Positions 54,665-64,000 of a DNA stretch of 64,000 nt are shown one piece after another (position 1 is the stretch's first letter; each line of letters starts with the position of its first letter). Both the position numbers and the translations under genes were made by a program. The DNA comes from Nitrospirota bacterium (GTDB lineage Bacteria > Nitrospirota > UBA9217), in NCBI GenBank assembly GCA_963741205.1, contig CAVUHW010000026.1:32001-96000 (forward strand). The letters run 5' to 3'. A model generated the notes under the pieces. The model worked only from the letters and a program-made list of their open reading frames with translations. It searched no databases and was not told where the DNA came from.

Positions 54665-56566
54665 ATGAAATACATCATCCTCGGCACAGCCGGACATATC
54701 GACCACGGCAAATCCAGCCTCGTCAAGGCCTTGACCGGCACTGACCCTGACCGCCTGAAGGAGGAAAAAGAGCGCGGCATCACCCTCGATCTGGGCTTCG
54801 CGTCCCTTGACCTTCCCGGGGGCAACCGTCTCGGCATCGTCGATGTCCCCGGGCATGAAGGGCTGATCAAAAACATGCTTGCCGGCGTCGGCGGCACCGA
54901 CATCGTCATGCTCGTGGTAGCCGCTGACGAGGGCATCATGCCCCAGACCCGGGAGCACCTCGCCATCTGCGACCTCCTGCACGTAAAGAAGGGCATTATC
55001 GCCCTGACCAAGATGGACATGGTCGAAAAGGAATGGCTCTCGCTCGTTACCGACGAGGTCCGCGATTTCGTCAAGGGCACCTTCCTCGAAAAAGCTCCGA
55101 TTGTCCCCGTCTCTTCCAAAACGGGAGAGAACCTCCCCGTCCTGGTGCAGGAACTGGCCGGGATCGCGGCGGACGTCTCGCCCAAATCTTCAAACGGCAT
55201 CCTGCGCCTTCCCATCGACCGCGTCTTCACCATGAAAGGTTTCGGCACGGTCATCACCGGCACCCTGCTTTCCGGCACGGTCAGCATCGAGCAGGAGATC
55301 GATATCCTGCCGAAGGGAATCAAGACAAAAGTCCGGGGACTCCAGTCGCACAACCAGGCTGTTCAGCGTTCCGTGGCGGGACAGCGCACGGCCGTAAACC
55401 TCCAGGGGGTCGAGAAGGACCAGCTTTCGAGGGGCGACACGATCGTGAGCGCCGGTTTTTTTACCTCGACGAAAACGCTCGACGCGAAGCTCGACCTCTT
55501 GAAGCAGGCCCCGCGGGGGCTTAAAACCGGTTCACGCATTCGCTTTTATAACACGACGCAGGAGGCCATCGGTAGAATCACCATCCTGGGGCGGCACGAA
55601 CTCGCCCCGGGTGAAGAGGCCTTCGTCCAGATCAGGCTCGAACAGCCCGTGATCGTCCAGCACGGGGACCGGTACATCCTCCGGTTCTATTCGCCCATGG
55701 AAACCCTGGGCGGGGGGATGGTCCTGAACCCCCACACCAGGCGTCACAAGCAGATCACCATGCAGGAGTCGCTCAGGGACCTCGGGGTTCTCGCGAAAGG
55801 GCGGACCGAGGACAAGCTTGCGCTCTTCATTTCCGGGAAGGGCCTCGCCGGCATGGAGGAGGCCGGGATCATCGGCGACATTGCAGCCGACAAGCAGGAG
55901 ATATTGTCGGCCCTCGCCGCTCTCGCCCAGAAAAAGACCATCCTGCGCGTCGATAACCTGTACGTTCACGCGTCTCATCTCGCGGAACTCGAAAAGAAGG
56001 CGCTTGAACTCGTGAAGCAGTATCACAAGGACAATCCGCTCAAACCGGGCCTGGACAAGGAGGAGATCAAGGGCATGCTCAGGCTGCGCCTTTCTCCGAA
56101 GGTCCTGAACATGACCCTGGACGGCCTCGTCAAGAAGAAGCAGCTGGAGGCCGACGGTTCGAAACTGAGACTCCCGGGCTTCAAGGCGGCGGGAGGCAAG
56201 GTCCAGGACGAGGTAAAGAACAAGATCGTGGATGCCATCAAAAAAGGCGGCACCCAGCCACCGGTCAGGGAAGAGCTCCCCGCACTCTTCGGCATTTCGG
56301 AAAAGGACGCCAAGGACCTCCTGAAGCTCCTCGCCGATGAAGGCCGGACCGTGAGGATCAACGACTCTCTCCATCTGGACAGGGACGTCGTTGAAAAGAT
56401 CAGGGGTGATCTCATGAAACACCTCAAGGAAAAGAAGGAAATCACCATGGCCGAGTTCCGGGACCTCGCCAGGACCTCCCGCAAGTTCGCCGTACCGATC
56501 ATGGAATTTTTCGATTCGCAGAAGATGACGCAGCGGGTCGGAGACAAGAGAGTGCTGAGGGGCTAA
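54665..56566 (+). CDS. selB: selenocysteine-specific elongation factor
   Basis: GTAGHIDHGKS, VDVPGHE, C-terminal winged helices ending SRKFAVPIMEFFD...RVGDKR. Confidence 0.96.
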   Translation: MKYIILGTAGHIDHGKSSLVKALTGTDPDRLKEEKERGITLDLGFASLDLPGGNRLGIVDVPGHEGLIKNMLAGVGGTDIVMLVVAADEGIMPQTREHLAICDLLHVKKGIIALTKMDMVEKEWLSLVTDEVRDFVKGTFLEKAPIVPVSSKTGENLPVLVQELAGIAADVSPKSSNGILRLPIDRVFTMKGFGTVITGTLLSGTVSIEQEIDILPKGIKTKVRGLQSHNQAVQRSVAGQRTAVNLQGVEKDQLSRGDTIVSAGFFTSTKTLDAKLDLLKQAPRGLKTGSRIRFYNTTQEAIGRITILGRHELAPGEEAFVQIRLEQPVIVQHGDRYILRFYSPMETLGGGMVLNPHTRRHKQITMQESLRDLGVLAKGRTEDKLALFISGKGLAGMEEAGIIGDIAADKQEILSALAALAQKKTILRVDNLYVHASHLAELEKKALELVKQYHKDNPLKPGLDKEEIKGMLRLRLSPKVLNMTLDGLVKKKQLEADGSKLRLPGFKAAGGKVQDEVKNKIVDAIKKGGTQPPVREELPALFGISEKDAKDLLKLLADEGRTVRINDSLHLDRDVVEKIRGDLMKHLKEKKEITMAEFRDLARTSRKFAVPIMEFFDSQKMTQRVGDKRVLRG

Positions 56567-56611
56567 AAAGCATCATGCCCGGGATCAATTCCCGCACGAA
56601 AGGTGGACCAG

Positions 56612-56806
56612 ATGGAAACCGATGACGAAAGGAGACAATCTATTTGCGGCGTCTGCGGCAAGCGATTAAGTTTTAAAACTGAGTCCGGGGATATTCAATG
56701 GCATCCCAGCCAGGTCACTGATAAAGGAATATACTGTGCCGCCTGTTATACGGCCACAGTGAAGGACAAGACAAAAAAGGGACTTCGTCCGAAGACTCAA
56801 GACTGA
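56612..56806 (+). CDS. small CxxC...CxxC zinc-ribbon-like protein
   Basis: CGVCG and YCAACY motifs; AAAGGTGG upstream of ATG 56612. Confidence 0.5.
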   Translation: METDDERRQSICGVCGKRLSFKTESGDIQWHPSQVTDKGIYCAACYTATVKDKTKKGLRPKTQD

Positions 56807-56874
56807 CGGCGCTGAAAAACAAACGGCTGTTCCCGCAGGACACTCAGAAGCTCTCTTCCCGGTGTTTACCCAAC

Positions 56875-56909
56875 TTGACAACCCCTTAATTCGTCTTATA
56901 CTCAGTATA
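56875..56909 (+). promoter_or_regulatory. sigma70 promoter with an overlapping palindromic operator
   Basis: TTGACA-16 nt-TATACT; TATACT-C-AGTATA palindrome at 56897-56909. Confidence 0.6.
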
Positions 56910-57013
56910 GAGACGTTCTTGCCTGAATAAATCTTTCAAAATCGAGCAGAGTAAACAGAAAAAAGCAGGCGGACGTTGCACGAGATCTGAACGAGCAGAA
57001 AAAGGAGAACGAT

Positions 57014-57392
57014 ATGGAGAGGAGAAAATTTATAATCGGTCTTGGTATAGCACTGATCGCCGGTCCTGCAGCCTTCAGCCTGAAAGGGTGCGGCGGCGGT
57101 GGTGGCGGCTATAATGCTGCGGCTCCAGCCCCGGCCGCCGATGGTTTCAGCGTTCAATCTTCGGTCACGAACAGGCCATACGCACAATGTCAAAGTTCTC
57201 TTTGCCGATCTCACGGCCCAGCCGTCCGTCGGCGTCACGTACACGAGCGACGAGCGCGGCGGCCATGTTCATCAAATTACGCTCACGCAACAGCAGCTTG
57301 CCACTATCAATAACGGAGGAACGGTGGGGCCTGTAACCTCGATTCCGGACGCCACCGGTCACAGCCACGACTGGACAATCAAGAAACCGTAA
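57014..57392 (+). CDS. Tat-type lipoprotein with three GHxH motifs (frameshift near 57172)
   Basis: MERRKFI twin-arginine signal, LKGC lipobox; GHTH, GHVH and GHSH in the shifted frame; AAGGAG RBS. Confidence 0.75.
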
Positions 57393-57523
57393 GCGTAAGT
57401 TCTTTTTTTGAACAGATCGCAGGTTGGGCTCAGAATCGGCGCCCGGCCTGCGAACGTTATATGTCCGGTCAACAGCGCGACCTGATTCGGGTGGGTCCTT
57501 TCACCTGACCATCCCCGCGGATA

Positions 57524-58147
57524 TCAGCCCAGATACCTCACCTTCGACTCAAGCGGCTCTTTGCGCGGCCCGCTTCCGGTCCTGGAAGGCCGGCCAACGG
57601 CAACGACGGCCATGAACTCGCCTTCGGGCTCGCCCAGGAACCGGAGCACCTCGTCCTTCATGATATAGAGGATCCCGAGCCAGACCGTCCCGAGGCCCAG
57701 TGATGTTGCGGCAATGAGGATGTTCTCGACTGCCGCGGCAGAGCTCTGGATTTCCATGGTCCGGAAGAAGTCGTAGGCCATTTCCTTTTCAACCTTGAAG
57801 AGCTCCGTCCCGTGCCTGATGAGGTCTCCCGTGTTCGCCACAGCGATGACAACCGGCGCCGAGATGATGCTCTTCGCCCCCATCCGGAGGAGGGCCTGGG
57901 CCGGCCGGGGAAATGCCGCAGACCGCGTCGTCACCAGCTGCGCCAGTTCCTGCTTCTTGTCGCCCCGGAGGATGATGAACCGCCATGCCTGCTGGTTATG
58001 CGCGGAAGGAGCGGCATTGGCAGCATGCAGGAGAATCCGGATCTCCTCGTCGGTCACCTCGTCCCTGCTGAAGGTCCTGACGCTATGGCGCGCGTTGATC
58101 GTCCTCAGCGCATCATTGATCGTTAAAGCGGAATCATCAGGCGACAT
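57524..58147 (-). CDS. nitroreductase family protein
   Basis: RHSVRTF, APSAHNQQAWRF, AVENILIAATSLGLGTVW; GAGGAGG RBS. Confidence 0.9.
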   Translation of the reverse strand: MSPDDSALTINDALRTINARHSVRTFSRDEVTDEEIRILLHAANAAPSAHNQQAWRFIILRGDKKQELAQLVTTRSAAFPRPAQALLRMGAKSIISAPVVIAVANTGDLIRHGTELFKVEKEMAYDFFRTMEIQSSAAAVENILIAATSLGLGTVWLGILYIMKDEVLRFLGEPEGEFMAVVAVGRPSRTGSGPRKEPLESKVRYLG

Positions 58148-58369
58148 GGGGGGCCTCCTCTCGCGGCGCAACGCAATTTTGTCCGTGCTTGACGAACATA
58201 GCAAAGCAGCCTCGTAAAGTCAAGCATCGCTGCCCTGGCAGTTATGGTCTTTGTTGCATACGGCCTTTATGTTATAATAGCTTATTGGTTTTTACGGTTT
58301 TGTCAACGTGCAGAGACTTGCCATCCTCGATGGCAACAAGAATCGGTTTTTTTACAGGAGACTACGGCA

Positions 58370-58732
58370 ATGGCTGAACGGCTGCTCATCATTGAAGATG
58401 AAGACACCCTCTGCCTGTCTCTCCAGAGGGTCCTCTCCCGCGAGGGCTATGAAGTGGACGTGGCCGACAGCGCCGAATCCGCCTTCAAGCTTCTTGAGAG
58501 CAAGTCCTACGACCTCATCATCACCGATATCATCCTTCCCGGCATCAGCGGCATCGAGCTTCTGACGAAGTACCGGAAGCAAAACCCCTCGCAGAAAGTC
58601 ATCGTCATTACGGCCTATGCTTCGCTTACGACCGCGGTGGAGGCCATAAAGGCCGGCGCTTGCGATTTCGTCATCAAACCCCTTATGCACGACGAGATGA
58701 AGAAGGTCGTCCGGAACTCCCTGGACAGGTGA
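58370..58732 (+). CDS. single-domain response regulator (receiver only)
   Basis: LLIIEDE, DLIITD, ITAY, FVIKP; AGGAG RBS. Confidence 0.88.
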   Translation: MAERLLIIEDEDTLCLSLQRVLSREGYEVDVADSAESAFKLLESKSYDLIITDIILPGISGIELLTKYRKQNPSQKVIVITAYASLTTAVEAIKAGACDFVIKPLMHDEMKKVVRNSLDR

Positions 58733-58762
58733 CGGCCGTGCCATCGGCCGTCCTCGCATGAC

Positions 58763-60655
58763 ATGATCACGGAAGACGCATTCCTGCTCCTCAAGAAATC
58801 GCCTGCCTTCTCCCTCCTGGGAGACAAGATCCTCAAACAGCTCACCGGGGAGATGCTGATGGAGTACTATCCCGGGGGACAAACCATCCTCCATCAGAAC
58901 GGACCCGCTCCGGAGTACCTCAATATTGTGCGAAGCGGCGCGGTCAAGGCATTCGTCAGGACGAATGAAGGTGAAGAGATCCTCGTGGACTACCGGTCCA
59001 CCGGGGATTTCTTCGGACTGCTCTCGTTCGTCTGCGGCGATATCGCTCGGGACACGATCGTCGCCTCGGAAGACACAACCTGCTATCTCCTGAAAAAAGA
59101 GACCGTGCTCGGACTGCTGCGGACGAACGCCGAATTCTGCGAGTTCTGCCTCAGATCGCTCGTCACGAGGCTCGTCACGATGACGTATCGGGAGATCCAC
59201 GACAGGACACTCCTGTACGGCGGCGGGGACAAGCTTCTCTTTACGAACATCCTGGACGACCTTGCCACCAAGAAGGTGATCACGGCGTCCGAGGACATCT
59301 CCATCAAAGAGGCCGCGGAAATCATGGAGGACCATAAGATCAGCTCTCTCGTCCTTTTGGACCCCGACGGCCTGCCCGCCGGGATGATCACGGACAAGGA
59401 CTTCAGGAACAAGGTGGTCTCGAAGGGGAGGGACATTGCCGGCAGAGTGGGCGACATCATGAGCGTCGCTCTCATAAAGTCCGAGGCCCGTGACTACTGC
59501 TTCGAGGCGCTCCTCAAAATGATCCGCTACAACATTCACCATCTGCTTGTCGTCGGAAAGGGTGAACTGAAGGGCATCTTGACCAGCCACGACCTCATGA
59601 TGTTTCAGGGGACGTCTCCCCTTTCCGTGGCCCGGGAGATCGAGAACCAGACCACGATAGACGGCCTGGTACCGGTGTCGAGGAAGATAGACAGGATCAT
59701 CACCATCCTCGTCAAGGAGGAGGCGAAGGCGAGCAACATCACAAGGATCATCACCGAGATCAACGACCGGCTGTTGAAAAAGATCCTGGCGATCACGGAG
59801 TCCAAGCTCGGTCCCCCTCCCCGGAGCTACTGCTGGATCATCTACGGCAGCGAAGGGAGAAAAGAGCAGACCTTCAGAACGGACCAGGACAACGCCCTCA
59901 TCTACGAGGACCCGGCGGGCGACGACGCCGCGGAGTATTTCACCCGGTTTGCCGATCACATGAAAGATGCCCTCGCGCGATGCGGCTTCCCCCCCTGCCG
60001 CGCGGACTACATGGCGAGCAATCCCAAATGGCGGAAGCCCCTTAGCGTCTGGAAGGACTATTTCTCACAGTGGATAAACAACCCGACGCCCGAGTCAATC
60101 CTACTGTCCCTCATTTTCTTCGATTTCAGGCCGGTGCACGGCAATGTCCTTCTTGCTGAAAAGCTCAGGGCGTTCCTTGGCCACGAGATCAAGGACAAGG
60201 ACCTCTTCCTCGCGCACATGGCAGGCAATGTAATAAAAAACAGGCCTCCCCTTGGATTATTCGGAACTTTTACCTGCGACCGGAAGGGAGATCACCGGGG
60301 AAAATTCGACATCAAGATCAACGCGCTCTCCCCCATTATCGACGCCGCAAGACTTTCTGCGCTGGAAATGAAGGTGTACCACACCTCCACGCTTGAGAGG
60401 CTCGCGGAGGTGAAACATCGCAATAGTACGGTCAGCGGATATTGCAGCGATTTGGAGCGGGCGTTCGAATTTCTCATGTCGGTGCGGCTCAGGCACCAGT
60501 ATCATTTGATGCAGGAGGGAATGGAACCGGATAATTTCATAGACCCCGACGGCCTCGGGACACTGGACAAGACGATGCTCAGGGCTGCTTTCAAACTGAT
60601 CCTCTCTGTTCAGGAGGCGACCATTAAAAAGTATGGCGCGTTGATGGTTATGTAG
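58763..60655 (+). CDS. second cNMP-CBS-DUF294 nucleotidyltransferase-like protein
   Basis: paralog of 8177..10117: GSEGRKEQTFRTDQDN, MIRYNIHHL, HDLMMFQGTSPLS. Confidence 0.9.
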   Translation: MITEDAFLLLKKSPAFSLLGDKILKQLTGEMLMEYYPGGQTILHQNGPAPEYLNIVRSGAVKAFVRTNEGEEILVDYRSTGDFFGLLSFVCGDIARDTIVASEDTTCYLLKKETVLGLLRTNAEFCEFCLRSLVTRLVTMTYREIHDRTLLYGGGDKLLFTNILDDLATKKVITASEDISIKEAAEIMEDHKISSLVLLDPDGLPAGMITDKDFRNKVVSKGRDIAGRVGDIMSVALIKSEARDYCFEALLKMIRYNIHHLLVVGKGELKGILTSHDLMMFQGTSPLSVAREIENQTTIDGLVPVSRKIDRIITILVKEEAKASNITRIITEINDRLLKKILAITESKLGPPPRSYCWIIYGSEGRKEQTFRTDQDNALIYEDPAGDDAAEYFTRFADHMKDALARCGFPPCRADYMASNPKWRKPLSVWKDYFSQWINNPTPESILLSLIFFDFRPVHGNVLLAEKLRAFLGHEIKDKDLFLAHMAGNVIKNRPPLGLFGTFTCDRKGDHRGKFDIKINALSPIIDAARLSALEMKVYHTSTLERLAEVKHRNSTVSGYCSDLERAFEFLMSVRLRHQYHLMQEGMEPDNFIDPDGLGTLDKTMLRAAFKLILSVQEATIKKYGALMVM

Positions 60656-60810
60656 AACGCTATCGAGACGCAAAAAAAAAGGGAAGGACTTCCGGAAGTA
60701 AGGCAGATGATGCCAGCCCTCTCTTCCCGTCACTTCCCGTTATGTGCATTTCCTACTATTTCTGTATCAGCGGTGCTTTCTGAAATCAGCATCTACCTCT
60801 GAACCAGAAA

Positions 60811-62170
60811 CTACCGATAAAACCCCTGACCACCTCTTACACCCTGGCCACTTCCGGAGAATGACCTCCAGACCCCTCCGCCTCCCCTGGTCATAGGCGC
60901 GTTAAATGTCCGGAAAGGCATGCTCTGCGGCGCAAACTGCCGTTCGCCCATCGGGAGGAAAGACCTTGAGGACCCACCGTCCTGCCGCAACACAGGGGGA
61001 GTGAAAGACCTCCCGGAATCCTGCGGGGCTATGAATCGTTCACCGCCGCCAGCCGCGGGGCTTCTGTATGTCCTTCCCGAAGTTGCGGGTGAATTAAACT
61101 GCATCCCTTCGCCCCGGGCCGCTCCGTTCCATGATCTCCCGGACGCGGCAGGCGCGACGAATCGCCGCCCCTCTCCGAGCGTCCTGATGCTTTCACGCGT
61201 CCTTCTCGTGTTGTCTACGCTCCGAGTAAAAATTCTTTCCGCACTCCTCCTGGCTTCAGGGGAACCGAACCCATTCCGCGTCCTGATCGTACTATTCGTG
61301 GAAGTCTCCGGGATCATCGTGCGGGGCGAGCTGACACCGGCCCCTCTCCTCAGGTCCGACAGGGTGTTGAACGTTCTGCCGTTCCCTGTTCGAAGAGTAG
61401 TCACTGGTCTTACGCGGCCCGCGCCTGTTCGCGTTACCGGGTCGACTACGGCAACCCTTCGGGTGACGGGATCAATAATCCGGTTGCTCACGATGGTTTG
61501 CCTCGGCACAACAACAACCGCGCCGTTCACGACAACCGCACCGCTCACAACCACCGTCGTGAAGTTGTGGCACATAAAGAAACCCGGGAACCAAAAGCCG
61601 AACCACCAGCTCGGGTAGGGCACCCAGTCGTACATATAAGCATAATCCGGGGGCGGAGGATAATAGCTCATTACCGGCGGCCCCTGATTGTAATAGTAGT
61701 TGTTGACCACTGAAGGGTTGGATGTTCCCTGCAGGAGCCTGCTGGCCTTCGGGAGGTCCGCTTCCGGGTTCAGCAGGTATCGGCAGGCTCATCTGGGCCG
61801 CGAGATAATTGAGCCCTTTTGTCGCTTCTTCAGAATTCATGGGCAGCTTGCCTTCGGCCGCTGCCTTGGTTATGGATTCCTGGAGCTGCCCCACGATCTC
61901 GGGCGTCACCGGATAATCCGATAACCACCCGTTTACGGGGATCACCCCTGCCTTGGCAAGAACGTCCTCGGCAGTCGCTTCATCGGTTGGATTTCCCAGA
62001 TTGAGTTGAGCCGCCAGCCTGATCGCGAAATCTCCTTCGCGTACCAGCGGTTGGGCTACAGGAGGGCCTTGTTGAGTTTGCGATGTTTGCGACCCGTAGT
62101 CTGCTGCAATGGCCGCGAAAGGATACAAGAGCAAGCCGGCTGCCGCAATTATGGACAGCCATCTCTTCAT
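60811..62170 (-). CDS. secreted hypothetical protein with an aromatic/Pro-rich segment and a repetitive Gly/Arg-rich tail (frameshift near 61720)
   Basis: signal peptide in ORF 61472..62170, continuing into ORF 60811..61710; AAGGAG RBS. Confidence 0.7.
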
Positions 62171-62233
62171 ATCGTACTCCTTATCTACCTATATTTTACT
62201 ACCAAGGACAGCATTAAGCAAGGGTGACAAACT

Positions 62234-63994
62234 TCATTCGAGGTCGGGTGCCCGAAGGACATCGGAACGTGAAGAGAATCCAAGGGATTCTACGACCCTC
62301 AGGGCGGGCTGCAGGTCCCCCATCACGCGCGCGATTGCGCTCTCTGTTCCTCCTTCGGCGGCGAAATAGCCGAGGCGGTCAGCAAGCCTGTCGAGCAGCA
62401 TCTCTTCAGGATAAACCTTGAGCCGGATCGGAGCATTCTCGGAGAGTTTCGCTGCCTTGCGGACAAGCCGCAAAGCCTCGGGAAACCCTCCCAATTCGTC
62501 CACCAGACCCAGTCTCTTTGCATCCTCTCCGGTCCAGATCCTGCCTTTCGCGATCTTTTCTACCGCCTCCTGCGAAAGATTTCTACCCTGGCCGACCTTG
62601 GACGTGAAATCCGCATAGATACGGTCGAGCCATTCCTCGAACCGGGCGCGCTGCTGCGGCGTAAAGTCTTTGGTCATGGTCCAGGCGTCCGCGTTTTTGC
62701 TCGTATGCACCTCGTCCCAGGTTACGCCGAGCTTGTTCCAGAGACCGGTGGTAATGATCTTTCCGCCGAAAACGCCGATGGAGCCGGTCACCGTGGCCGG
62801 CTGGGCCACGATCTTGTCGGCGGCCATCGCGACAAAATAACCACCCGAGGCCGCGGTGCTTCCCATGGATACGATGACCGGCTTGCCCGCCTTTTTGGCG
62901 TTCACGGTCTCGCGCCAGATGGTGTCCGAAGCCACGACAGATCCACCGGGGCTGTCGATCCTGAACAGGATGGCCTTGACGTCCTTGTCCTCGACAGCCT
63001 GCCGGAACGCGGACGCCAGCGTATCGGAGCCCATGATGATCTCACCGATTGCGGGATTGTAACCGCTCTTGCCGCGCTCGATCCCACCCACCCCGTAGAT
63101 GAGCGCGATGGTCGTGCCTTTCTCGTATGGGCCGCCCGCCCGTTTCCGGTATTTCATGAGCGTCATAAATTCTGCCTTTGCCCCCCCCTTATCCTTGATC
63201 CTGTCGAAGACCTGGTCGCGGTACTCAAGCCCGTCCACAAGCTTGGCGTCGACCGCTTCCTGGCCGATGAACGGCCCCCGGTCGATGAGTGATCGGACGT
63301 GTTCTTCGGAAAGTTTGCGCGAGCCGGCGATCCCCCTCACCATCTGGCCGAACTGGGATTCCATCACACGGGTGACCTCTTCACGGTGCGGGGGCAGGTA
63401 TTTACGTTCGGTAAACTGATAACGGAAGCTCTTGTATTCCTTCCTGCCGTCCAGGCGGGGGATGATCCCGAGCTTGTCCAGTGTCCCCCGGAAAAACGGC
63501 TGCTCATAAATCAACCCAGTGAGTCCCACGTCTCCGGAAGGCTGCAGATAGACCGCGTCGAAGGCCGTCGCGAGATAATAGGAGGAGTTCCCGGGACCGG
63601 CCTCGCCGAAGGTCTCCGCGTAGCAGAGCGCGGGTTTGCCCGCGGCGCGAAAGGCGATGACGGCGTCACGGACTTCCTGAACCTGCGCCAGCCTCATCTT
63701 CGATTGTCCCACTCTGGCCACAAGGCCCTTGACCCGGTCATCTCCCGATGCCCTTTGAAGCGCTTCGACGACGTCGCGAACACGGAGCCTGTCAGACATC
63801 AGGATGCGCGCGTAGGAATCTTTTGGCGCGTACTCTATCATCCCCTGGTCGAAATCCGCTTCCAGAATGACGCGATTCGGCACGCGCCCTGCTCCGAACC
63901 AGTAATAAATGCCGGCTGCGATCGCCGTAAAAAGAAGAATGAAGAAGATCACGGAACAGCTGCTTCCACCATGACCGCGGACATCGCCAGACAT
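62234..63994 (-). CDS. sppA: signal peptide peptidase SppA, 67-kDa type (true start may lie at or beyond the window edge)
   Basis: two S49 domains, RIDSPGGS, SMGSTAASGGY, TGSIGV, GRIWTGEDA. Confidence 0.92.
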   Translation of the reverse strand: MSGDVRGHGGSSCSVIFFILLFTAIAAGIYYWFGAGRVPNRVILEADFDQGMIEYAPKDSYARILMSDRLRVRDVVEALQRASGDDRVKGLVARVGQSKMRLAQVQEVRDAVIAFRAAGKPALCYAETFGEAGPGNSSYYLATAFDAVYLQPSGDVGLTGLIYEQPFFRGTLDKLGIIPRLDGRKEYKSFRYQFTERKYLPPHREEVTRVMESQFGQMVRGIAGSRKLSEEHVRSLIDRGPFIGQEAVDAKLVDGLEYRDQVFDRIKDKGGAKAEFMTLMKYRKRAGGPYEKGTTIALIYGVGGIERGKSGYNPAIGEIIMGSDTLASAFRQAVEDKDVKAILFRIDSPGGSVVASDTIWRETVNAKKAGKPVIVSMGSTAASGGYFVAMAADKIVAQPATVTGSIGVFGGKIITTGLWNKLGVTWDEVHTSKNADAWTMTKDFTPQQRARFEEWLDRIYADFTSKVGQGRNLSQEAVEKIAKGRIWTGEDAKRLGLVDELGGFPEALRLVRKAAKLSENAPIRLKVYPEEMLLDRLADRLGYFAAEGGTESAIARVMGDLQPALRVVESLGFSSRSDVLRAPDLE

Positions 63995-64000
63995 TGATAG

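Noticed and set aside
53060-56566. Apparent 1168-aa SelA-SelB fusion protein
   Set aside because: One extra base near 54273 shifts selA into a frame that runs through the intergenic heptamer repeat (translated as FLLLTSYFLLLTS). The true SelA C-terminus and stop (54560) are in another frame, and selB has its own ATG at 54665.

Overview
A GC-rich bacterial chromosomal window of mostly metabolic genes. Gene content suggests an anaerobic Nitrospirota- or Desulfobacterota-like organism (inference only). Many genes carry isolated single-base frameshifts, most likely long-read assembly errors, so several ORF-track entries are fragments or false fusions. Left to right the window holds: a tandem-PilZ protein; a UxxC DsbA-like selenoprotein next to a diheme MauG/bCcP-family peroxidase; an acetate module (DUF294 nucleotidyltransferase, DEDDh exonuclease, DUF485, actP, acs); and an ~8 kb locus that reads as a FixC-FixX-(ACAD)2-ETFbeta-ETFalpha multi-domain fusion carrying in-frame palindromic repeat insertions. 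Next come a c7 cytochrome, two complete tandem Hyf-like/Ehr operons whose large subunits lack Ni-binding cysteines, TauE plus DUF1634, a candidate structured RNA, glnE, rnr, an RND pump, PagL-like and MgtC genes, and a MITE. The right end has htrA, selA, selB, a GHxH lipoprotein, a nitroreductase, a second DUF294 paralog and sppA. No rRNA, tRNA or CRISPR array was seen. The strongest candidate for an undescribed system is the giant acyl-CoA-to-quinone electron-transfer fusion.
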